Positions 56,308-64,000 of a DNA stretch of 64,000 nt are shown in pieces. A program made the translations under genes and the position numbers. The DNA lies in NCBI GenBank assembly GCA_039588295.1, contig JBDHAB010000002.1, positions 14,766-78,765 of the forward strand. Reading direction: 5' to 3'. This DNA is from Gemmatimonadota bacterium (GTDB lineage: Bacteria; Gemmatimonadota; Gemmatimonadetes; Gemmatimonadales; GWC2-71-9). Position 1 is the first letter of the stretch. Each line of letters opens with the position of its first letter. The notes under the pieces are model-generated. The model had not been told where the DNA came from. It searched no databases and saw only the letters and a program-made list of their open reading frames with translations.

Positions 56308-58014
56308 TCACTTCATCTCGTCCCTCATTGCCCTCCGTAGCAACGCGAGCGGGAGGCTTCCCTGCTCCAGCAGTGTCTCATGAAACCGTTTGTCGTCGAA
56401 TCGCTCTCCGAGTTCGGCCTGCAGCTCCGCCTTGCGTCGTTCGATCTCGAGCCACCCGATGATGTAGCTGGGCGCCTGCGTCGGCCACGTGGTGTAACGG
56501 TTCACCTCTGCTTCCGCTGCCGACCGCGTGAGCCCCACTTCGTCGACAAAGAACCGCACCGCTTCCTCGTAGCTCATTCGACCGGTGTGCAGTGATGGAT
56601 CGATGATCACCCGCGCGGTGCGCCAGAGCCGCATCTGCAGTTGCGCGAGCTTCTGGTCATCGGTCGTGAACAACCCGGCACGACGCATCCAGTGCTCGGC
56701 GTAGAGCGCCCACCCCTCTCCATAGTAGGTGCTCGAGAAACGGCGTCGCAGCAGGCGCGGATTGCGGCGTGCATACACGGTCTGCAAGTGGTGACCGGGA
56801 TACCCCTCATGCAGCGCGATCACGCTGATCCACCCGTAGCTCTGAGCCCGCAGCTTGTCGTCCACCTCTTGCGGTGTCATTCCCGGTGTGACGTCGGTGG
56901 CGAAGAAGCGGCCGTACATCACGCTATCGCGCTCACGGATCCCGCCGTAGCCACCCCACGCGTACGTCTCCCGCAGCGCCGGTGGGGTCGGCACGTACAG
57001 CAATTCCTGACACGGTGGGATGCGGATCAGGTCGTGCTGGATCAGGAACCCGAGCACATGCAATGAGGCTCGGCGGTAGGCCGCGATGATCTCTCCCGGC
57101 TCGGGGTGGCGGCCCTGCATCTCGTCCACCAATTGCCGCCAGCTCTTGGCGGAGTCGATCGTCGCTGCCAGTGAATCGAGTGCACGCTTGGTCTGCTCGT
57201 GGATTCGGTATCCCTCGGCGATCATCGTCTCCGCGGTGTACGGGAGAAAGTGCACCTCGCGAAGCAGCCAATCGTAGTAGCTCGCACCGACGGCCCAGGA
57301 GGTCTCGCCGCCCGACGACACGGTGTCACGCAGGAATGCCGCATAGGCGGCGAGTGCCTCACGAGCAACAGCACCGGCCTCCAATAATCGCTCCCGCACT
57401 CCATCCGGCGCCCGTGCGGCGCGCTCGACGAATTCGCCGGCGAGGAACCCCACCGATCCATCGATGGTGGATTCGGCGAGCGCGATCCAGAGGGGGGGAG
57501 GATCCACCAGACGATCGCGTCCGAGCGCCAAAGCACGTGGAGCACGCTCCAGTGTCTCCACCGCCCATTCCCAGTCCTCCTCGCTCGGCTCCTCGTCTCC
57601 ACCCACCCGCCAGTAGAGATCGCCAAGGGTCACGTACCGTCTCGGTACCCGCTCGGGGGTCCGTAAGACGCTGTCGGCCAACGTGCGCTTGGCACGTGAC
57701 TCGACTAACAGCCAATCCACGCGCTGCGTATTCGTGAGCCCGACGGTGTCGATGAGCCGCAACTCGCGGAGCACATCGCGCGCCGCTTGCAACGCCCTCC
57801 GCTCGGCGTCGGGACGCAGCCGGGTGAGCGGGTCGTCTGATTCGTCGTCCGGGCGGAAATCTCCCTCCAGGTAACGCAACGTGAACCGTTCGAAACGGGC
57901 CGAATCGCCTGTCTCCGGCGCAAGAGCGGCCGGGCTTCCGGGTGCACATGCGGCAACCAGCAACACGACCGCGAGAGCTGGCGCCGTGGACCTCACGCGT
58001 GACCCAGCGTTCAT
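56308..58014 (-). CDS. DUF885 family lipoprotein
   Basis: Lipobox VAAC; HEGYPGHHLQ, EGWALYAE, EV.RY..WP.QA.SY..G, FH..LL..G..P. Confidence 0.93.
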   Translation of the reverse strand: MNAGSRVRSTAPALAVVLLVAACAPGSPAALAPETGDSARFERFTLRYLEGDFRPDDESDDPLTRLRPDAERRALQAARDVLRELRLIDTVGLTNTQRVDWLLVESRAKRTLADSVLRTPERVPRRYVTLGDLYWRVGGDEEPSEEDWEWAVETLERAPRALALGRDRLVDPPPLWIALAESTIDGSVGFLAGEFVERAARAPDGVRERLLEAGAVAREALAAYAAFLRDTVSSGGETSWAVGASYYDWLLREVHFLPYTAETMIAEGYRIHEQTKRALDSLAATIDSAKSWRQLVDEMQGRHPEPGEIIAAYRRASLHVLGFLIQHDLIRIPPCQELLYVPTPPALRETYAWGGYGGIRERDSVMYGRFFATDVTPGMTPQEVDDKLRAQSYGWISVIALHEGYPGHHLQTVYARRNPRLLRRRFSSTYYGEGWALYAEHWMRRAGLFTTDDQKLAQLQMRLWRTARVIIDPSLHTGRMSYEEAVRFFVDEVGLTRSAAEAEVNRYTTWPTQAPSYIIGWLEIERRKAELQAELGERFDDKRFHETLLEQGSLPLALLRRAMRDEMK

Positions 58015-58913
58015 CCGACCTTGTCCGCCATCATCAGTGCGAGTAACAAAGGGAGATACACCACGGTGACGAGAAACAACCGGCGCGCCTTCCGCGGCGA
58101 GTGGTCAAAGCTCACCGCCATGGTTGCCGCAATGAGCCAGAGGGACAAGCCGGCCGCACCCGCGAAGTAGACCACCCCGGTGGTGCCCAGCACCGTAGGT
58201 GCGAGACTCACGGGCAGGAGCGCCACCGCGTAGAGCAGCGCTTGCCGAAACGTCGCCTCGGCACCGGCGGTGACGCTGAGCATCCGCAGTCCGGCGCGGG
58301 CGTAGTCCTCGCGATAGAGCCACGCGAGGGCCAGGAAATGCGGCAGCTGCCACAGGAAGAGAATGAAGAAGAGCACCCAGGCCCGGAGGCTCACCGTACC
58401 TTGAGCTGCAGCCCATCCGCCCACGATCGGTAGCGCACCGGGAACGGCGCCCACCAGCGTGCACAGCGATGAACGGCGCTTGAGTGGCGTGTAGAGAAAG
58501 ACGTACGAACCCAGGGTCGCCGCGGCGAGCACGGCAACGATGGGGTTGGTGAACACAGCGAGGTAGGCGACGCCGGCCAATCCCATGGTCCATGCGACGA
58601 CCGTCGACTCGGCCGCACGGAGCCGTCCCGACGGCAACGGTCTGCTCCTCGTTCGCCGCATGCGCGCATCAATCTGCCGCTCGAGGATCTGGTTCAGCGC
58701 GTTGCTGCCACCGGCAACCAATGCCGAACCGAGGAGCGTGTGGAGGAGTCCGGGGAGGTCCACCATGCCCGGCGCCCCAAGGTAGAACCCGGCAGCAACC
58801 GTGAACAGGATGAGACCGACGATGTTGGGCTTCGTCAGCTCAAGATAGTCGGCAGCTCTGCCATGGCGAAGCACGCCGGTTGACACGGTCCCCTCGGTTC
58901 TCGCGGCAGGCAT
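58011..58913 (-). CDS. ctaB: Protoheme IX farnesyltransferase (heme o synthase)
   Basis: LTKP, N...E..ID..M.RT..RPLPSG, YT.LKR, GA.PGA.P, WQLPHF, EDY. Confidence 0.95.
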   Translation of the reverse strand: MPAARTEGTVSTGVLRHGRAADYLELTKPNIVGLILFTVAAGFYLGAPGMVDLPGLLHTLLGSALVAGGSNALNQILERQIDARMRRTRSRPLPSGRLRAAESTVVAWTMGLAGVAYLAVFTNPIVAVLAAATLGSYVFLYTPLKRRSSLCTLVGAVPGALPIVGGWAAAQGTVSLRAWVLFFILFLWQLPHFLALAWLYREDYARAGLRMLSVTAGAEATFRQALLYAVALLPVSLAPTVLGTTGVVYFAGAAGLSLWLIAATMAVSFDHSPRKARRLFLVTVVYLPLLLALMMADKVG

Positions 58914-59067
58914 AGGGCGACGAATGATGTCTCGGGCAACACGTCCGCCGCAACCACCATGGAAACCCACCTACCCCCTGCGAGGACAGGAACCGAGCCC
59001 GTGAAAACAGAAGACCCCGAGCGACTAGCCGTCGTCCGGGGCCTCAACCACCGTCCATGGGGCGTCG

Positions 59068-59379
59068 CTAGGACCCTACTGCAAATACCCCGAAGAGAAA
59101 CAGCAGTGCGACAGCTACCGCCATCGCGATCAGGAGCGGAACGGTGAAGATGGCAGTGAACAACCGGTGGTCCGTCTTGAGGTGCATGTAGAACATCACC
59201 ACGAGCGCGAACTTCGTCCCCGAGAGGATCAGGAGAATCGGTGCGAGGAACGGCCGGAACGCCGGGACGTAGAAGACTCCGACCTCCACGAGCGTGATGA
59301 CCGTCAGCACACCCGCCACGGTCAGATAGGTTCCGACCCCGGGATGCGCGCGCTCCGAGTGCGCGGGCTGTTCACTCAT
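59068..59379 (-). CDS. Cytochrome c oxidase subunit IV family protein
   Basis: Y..V...L..IT..EV, KF.LV..FYMHLK.D; real start ATG 59379. Confidence 0.9.
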   Translation of the reverse strand: MSEQPAHSERAHPGVGTYLTVAGVLTVITLVEVGVFYVPAFRPFLAPILLILSGTKFALVVMFYMHLKTDHRLFTAIFTVPLLIAMAVAVALLFLFGVFAVGS

Positions 59380-59978
59380 CAAGCCCCTCCATTGGTGCGC
59401 AGCAGATACACAACCGTGAAGATCACGATCCACACCACGTCCACAAAGTGCCAGTAGAGTCCAGCCAGTTCCACGTTCAGCGCTTTGTCGGGCCCCAGCT
59501 TGCCCTGGAACGACCGAACCAGGAGCGTGAGCAACCAGATCACGCCGACCGCGACGTGGCCTCCGTGGAATCCCGTCAACGTGAAGAACGTCGAGCCGAA
59601 CAGATTGACTTGCAGTGTGAGTCCTTCGTGCACGAAGGACCAGAACTCGAACACCTGAAACCCGAGGAAGATCGCGCCGAGCAGCGCGGTGGTACCGAGC
59701 CATACTCGCGCCCACACCTTGTCGCCTCGCTGCACCGCCGCCAGCGCCAGCACCATGGCCAGGCTGGACATGAGCAGGTCGAAGGTGCTGACGGACGTGA
59801 GCGGGATGTTGAGAATCTCGGCCGGTGTCGGACCCGACACGCTCTTTCCCTGATAGACCAAGTAGGTCGAGATCAACGACCCGAAGAGCAGGCACTCCGA
59901 CCCGATGAAGGTCCAGAACGCGATCTTTCGGCTGTCGAGTCCGGTACTCGTGTGATGAGCTGTGGCAGCGTGCGTCAT
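59379..59978 (-). CDS. ctaE: Cytochrome c oxidase subunit III
   Basis: W.FIGSE, FF.LTGFHG.HV, GLYWHFVDVVW. Confidence 0.95.
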   Translation of the reverse strand: MTHAATAHHTSTGLDSRKIAFWTFIGSECLLFGSLISTYLVYQGKSVSGPTPAEILNIPLTSVSTFDLLMSSLAMVLALAAVQRGDKVWARVWLGTTALLGAIFLGFQVFEFWSFVHEGLTLQVNLFGSTFFTLTGFHGGHVAVGVIWLLTLLVRSFQGKLGPDKALNVELAGLYWHFVDVVWIVIFTVVYLLRTNGGA

Positions 59979-59979
59979 G

Positions 59980-61791
59980 CTACATCTCGAAGGGCTCGAA
60001 CGCCCAGGCATAGATGCTGACAACGAGGACGGCCGCGCCTCCGAGCGCCACCCACAGGTTGCCGAGGACGGCGCCGGTGGCGATCACGACGATTCCGATC
60101 GCCGCAACCGCAGGCCAGAACGACCCACCGGGAAGATGGATCGGTTCGAGTGGCGTCTTGGGAAGCGGGGTCATGCCGTCCGTGGACCACCGGGGGAGCC
60201 GGCTCCGTACCTCAGGAATCGCCGTGAAGTTGTACGCCGGCGGCGGCGAGGGGATCGACCATTCCAGTGTGGCACCGCCCCAGGGATCATCACCCGCCGG
60301 TGCGCCCTTGCTGAGCGTCCACACCACGTTCACGAGGAACAGCAGAACACCCACCCCCATGACGAACGCACCAACGGTCGCTACCAGGTTCATCGAGTCG
60401 AGCCCCAGCGCCGCATCGTAGGTGTAGATCCGTCGAGGCATGCCCAGGAGTCCGATGAAGTGCATCGGGAAGAATGCGAGGTTCGCTCCAATCAACGTCA
60501 GCCAGAAGTTCAGCTTCCCGATCGTCTCGTTGAGGAGCTTGCCCGTCACCTTGGGCCACCAGTAGTAAATACCGGCGAAGATGCCCATCATCGCCCCACC
60601 GAACAGCACGTAGTGGAAATGGGCCACGACGAAGTACGTATCGGTTTGCTGCAGATCGGCCGGTGGTGAGGAGTGCATGACGCCCGAGAGCCCACCGACG
60701 ATAAACATCGCAATGAAGCCGACGGCGAACAGCATGGACGTGGTGAACCGGATCTTCCCGCCCCACATCGTCGCGATCCAGTTGAAGATCTTCACCCCGG
60801 TCGGGATGGCGATCAGCATGGTGGTCGCCGAAAACACGGAGTCGGCCACCGGTCCCAGTCCGACCTGGAACATGTGGTGCGCCCACACACCCCACCCAAG
60901 GACGCCGATCAACAGCCCCGAGTACACCACGATGGCGTACCCGAACAGCGGCTTCCGCGAAAACGTCGGGATCACGTCCGAGACCATCCCCATGGCAGGC
61001 AGGATCAGGATGTAGACCTCGGGATGACCGAAGAGCCAGAAGAGGTGCTGCCAAAGGAGCACGTCGCCGCCGGCGGCCACCGAATAGAAATTGGTGCCGA
61101 ACTTCCGGTCGAACATCAGGAACACGAGCGCGACCGTGATCACCGGGAATGCCGTCACGATGATGAACTGTGTGACCAGGCTCATCCACGTGAACACCGG
61201 CATGCGCATCAGGCGCATCCCCGGAGCACGCAGGTTCACGATGGTGACGATGAAATTGATCCCGGCCGCAATCGACGCGACCCCCAGCACCTGCAGCCCC
61301 AGAACCCAGAAATCAACGTGCAGTCCCGGAGAGTACTGCGATGACGTGAGGTTCGCGTACCCGAACCAGCCTGCGTTCGGCGCGGAACCGACCAAGAAGC
61401 TCGCGTTGAGAAACAGTCCGCCGAGCAGGAACACCCAGTAACTGAACGCGTTCAGGCGGGGAAACGCGACATCCCGCGCGCCGATCTGCAGCGGAATCAC
61501 GAAATTGAAGAACGCGGCCGACAGGGGCATGATGGCCAGAAAGACCATCGTGGTGCCGTGCATCGTGAACAGCTCGTTGTACGTCGCTGCGCTCACGAGG
61601 TCGTTCCCTGACGACGCCAGCTGCAGCCGGATGATCAGCGCCTCGAGGCCGCCCAGGAGGAAGAAGGCGAACGCACTGACCCCATACAGGATTCCGATCC
61701 GTTTGTGATCGGTGGTGGTCACCCAGCTCCAGATGCGGGACCCCAACGACGCTGAGTCGGCCGGGACGTGTGGCGCAACCGAAGTAGCCAT
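59980..61791 (-). CDS. ctaD: Cytochrome c oxidase subunit I (type A1)
   Basis: DHKRIG, MHGT.M, FGHPEVYI, VWAHHMF, AHFHYV, GMPRR. Confidence 0.98.
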   Translation of the reverse strand: MATSVAPHVPADSASLGSRIWSWVTTTDHKRIGILYGVSAFAFFLLGGLEALIIRLQLASSGNDLVSAATYNELFTMHGTTMVFLAIMPLSAAFFNFVIPLQIGARDVAFPRLNAFSYWVFLLGGLFLNASFLVGSAPNAGWFGYANLTSSQYSPGLHVDFWVLGLQVLGVASIAAGINFIVTIVNLRAPGMRLMRMPVFTWMSLVTQFIIVTAFPVITVALVFLMFDRKFGTNFYSVAAGGDVLLWQHLFWLFGHPEVYILILPAMGMVSDVIPTFSRKPLFGYAIVVYSGLLIGVLGWGVWAHHMFQVGLGPVADSVFSATTMLIAIPTGVKIFNWIATMWGGKIRFTTSMLFAVGFIAMFIVGGLSGVMHSSPPADLQQTDTYFVVAHFHYVLFGGAMMGIFAGIYYWWPKVTGKLLNETIGKLNFWLTLIGANLAFFPMHFIGLLGMPRRIYTYDAALGLDSMNLVATVGAFVMGVGVLLFLVNVVWTLSKGAPAGDDPWGGATLEWSIPSPPPAYNFTAIPEVRSRLPRWSTDGMTPLPKTPLEPIHLPGGSFWPAVAAIGIVVIATGAVLGNLWVALGGAAVLVVSIYAWAFEPFEM

Positions 61792-61805
61792 AGGCGACGT
61801 CCCCC

Positions 61806-62801
61806 CTACCTCAGGCTCTGGAGATACGCGACCAGCGCCGCAACCTCATCTTCCGTCAAATCGACTTTCGGCATCAGACTACCGGGTTTCTCCGCCACCG
61901 GATCGCGCAACCACCGAGCCAAACCCTCGGGCGAGTTTGGCAAGATCCCCGAAGCGATCGTCGTCCGGCTGCCCACATGGGTGAGGTTGGGTCCCAAGAC
62001 TCCTTGGGCCACGCCTTCCACCACGTGGCACCCGATGCACAGCTTGACCGGTTGCCGAAATGTCTCCACCCCTCGACGCGCGAGCTCCGAGAGGGAATCG
62101 ACCGGCGCGGGCGGGTTGGTCTGTTGCTCCACCCAGGCGTCGAAGCCATCCGGGGCATCCACCATGACACGGAACCGCATGTTCGCGTGGGAAGTGCCGC
62201 AAAACTCAGCACACTGACCAAAGACCTCACCCACCGAATCCGCCTGGAACGCGATTCGGGTAGTGCGACCCGGCATTACGTCCCGCTTGCCACCCAGTTT
62301 GGGAGCCCAGAAGCTGTGGATGACGTCAACCGAAGTCATCGACAGCGCAACTGGACGTCCCTGCGGAACGTGCATCTCGTTCGCCGTCGTGATGCCGTAT
62401 TCGGGATACCGGAACTCCCACCACCATTGGTGGCCGATCACCTCGACCTGCAGCGCTCCCTCCGCGGGGCTGCCGTCGGTGCGGAAGATCGTCTGGATGG
62501 TGGGAACGGCGATGAAGATGAGCACCACGGCCGGTGCCAGGGTCCACGCGATCTCCAGCAGCGTGTTGCCATGGACATGCTTCGGGTCTGTCGAGGCCCT
62601 GCGCTCGCGGTATCGGAGGATAACGTAGAGCAGAGCGGTTTCCACCACCACAAACACCCCGAGCGCCCACCAGAAGATGGTCCGATAGAGGCTGTCGATA
62701 TCCTCACCGAAATCCGCCGTAGGATGCAGCGTGGACTGCGGATACTCACCGGAACAGGCCGAGATCAGTAGCGCGAGGGCGACCGCCGCAAGTGGCGCCA
62801 C
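61806..62801 (-). CDS. ctaC: Cytochrome c oxidase subunit II with C-terminal cytochrome c (caa3-type)
   Basis: Lipobox ISAC; QWWW; DVIHSF, CAEFCGTSHANM CuA site; CIGCH heme c; start uncertain (62801-62888). Confidence 0.95.
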   Translation of the reverse strand: MAPLAAVALALLISACSGEYPQSTLHPTADFGEDIDSLYRTIFWWALGVFVVVETALLYVILRYRERRASTDPKHVHGNTLLEIAWTLAPAVVLIFIAVPTIQTIFRTDGSPAEGALQVEVIGHQWWWEFRYPEYGITTANEMHVPQGRPVALSMTSVDVIHSFWAPKLGGKRDVMPGRTTRIAFQADSVGEVFGQCAEFCGTSHANMRFRVMVDAPDGFDAWVEQQTNPPAPVDSLSELARRGVETFRQPVKLCIGCHVVEGVAQGVLGPNLTHVGSRTTIASGILPNSPEGLARWLRDPVAEKPGSLMPKVDLTEDEVAALVAYLQSLR

Positions 62802-63067
62802 TGACCGCCCCTGGCCAGTCAAGTGCTTGATGGCTGGATCCTTTGCACAATGAGAATGTTGTGTGCCAATGCTACCTGCCATTGTCAATTGGCTCCGCCC
62901 GGCGGCGGAGCCGGCGAATTCTAGCGTTCTCCTCCCCTTTGGTCAACGTGCGGCGCGACCCCGTCCAACCGCAGCGACGGGTATCTTTCAGCATCGTGAC
63001 GAACCCAGACCGAGTGGGCTTCCCGAGTGCCACGCTCGGACGAACAAGAAGAGGAGGAACAGAAGTC

Positions 63068-63478
63068 ATGGTGCAAGATTCGATCGGCTACGGACTGCAC
63101 GTCGAGGTACCACTCGGATACGAAACCGCGGTCGAGCGTGCTCGTGAGGAGCTTGGCAAGGAGGGATTCGGGGTGCTGACCGAGATCGACGTCAAGGCAA
63201 CGCTGAAGAACAAGCTCGATGTCGAATTTCGGCCGTACGTCATTCTCGGCGCCTGCAACCCTCCAATCGCCCATCAGGCCCTTTCGCGGGAACGGAACAT
63301 CGGCATGCTCCTACCGTGCAACGTGATCGTGTACGCGTCGGACGACCCGGGCAAGAGCGTGGTCGCGGCACTCGACCCGGTGAAGCAGTTGGGAATTGCC
63401 GGACGTTCGGACATGGAACCGATGGCGCTCGAGGTGCGCGAGCGCATGAGGCGCGTGCTCGAACGGGTGGCGGGATAG
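63068..63478 (+). CDS. DUF302 domain protein
   Basis: GAGGAGG RBS; GFGVLTEIDV, YVILGACNP, LLPCNV.V. Confidence 0.93.
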   Translation: MVQDSIGYGLHVEVPLGYETAVERAREELGKEGFGVLTEIDVKATLKNKLDVEFRPYVILGACNPPIAHQALSRERNIGMLLPCNVIVYASDDPGKSVVAALDPVKQLGIAGRSDMEPMALEVRERMRRVLERVAG

Positions 63479-63623
63479 CCTAGAGCATCACACCGCTGCC
63501 GAGCGGTCGGTAGGCGGCGCGCCACCCTGGCCACCGCCGCCCACCGTCGTATGTTTCACTGTCCATTCGGACACGCTGCACGCGGCGCGTGCCTACCTCC
63601 TTCACCCCTTCCCGAACAACGTC

Positions 63624-64000
63624 ATGCGACAGACCAATCCGATCGGCAGCGGCGACCGACCCGAGCAAGACCTCGATCGCCGGCGCTTCATGGCCTACTT
63701 CGCAGCAGCGGGACTCGGGGGGACCGCCCTTCCGGCCGCGCTGTGGGGGCTGGCGCAGGAAGCCGGCACGATCACCAAGGAGATGCTCGCCGACGCGGAG
63801 GCGGTCGCCGGGCTCGAGTTCACCGACGGCGAGCGCGATCTGATGCTGGCGGGGCTGAACGAGAACCTCGAGGCGTACGAGGAAATGCGCGCGGTGTCGA
63901 TCCCGAACGACGTGCACCCGGCGCTCCTCTTCGACCCGGTGATACCATCGCACACGCCAGCCGTAGAGCGCCGCGCGCACCGCAGGACGCGACGGCCTTC
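63624..64000 (+). CDS. Tat-exported protein, probably the N-terminus of an amidase; 3'-truncated and absent from the ORF track
   Basis: MRQTNP...DRRRFMAYFAAAGLGGTALP twin-arginine signal; AGLEFT..ER.LM, IPN.V.PAL.FDP; open to the window end. Confidence 0.7.
   Translation, partial: MRQTNPIGSGDRPEQDLDRRRFMAYFAAAGLGGTALPAALWGLAQEAGTITKEMLADAEAVAGLEFTDGERDLMLAGLNENLEAYEEMRAVSIPNDVHPALLFDPVIPSHTPAVERRAHRRTRRP

Overview
High-GC bacterial chromosomal segment. Gene content (TPR/TolB-like Ser/Thr kinases, ECF-antisigma-DUF4097/HEAT modules, DUF885) is most consistent with Gemmatimonadota, which is an inference. Core loci: holB-moaC-SLT, ffh-rpsP-rimM-trmD-rplS-rnhB, add-nupC-punA, dnaK-degP, and a caa3-type cytochrome c oxidase operon. 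Accessory highlights: (i) a ~4.9 kb integrase-less islet with two Ser/Thr kinases, bounded by tRNA-Lys and a degenerate copy of its 3' half; (ii) a sigma54 module (-24/-12 promoter, two paralogous acidic lipoproteins, an enhancer-binding protein with a dead receiver domain, a TPR protein); (iii) a histone-H1-like KKATR-repeat/SWIB gene broken by a frameshift; (iv) a TIGR04282/04283-type transferase cluster with no radical SAM gene in the window, headed by a GNAT-like unknown; (v) a candidate pseudoknotted RNA upstream of an NhaC-family transporter; (vi) (CCCTTAT)n G4-capable repeats. All family calls come from motif recognition by eye, not from database searches.
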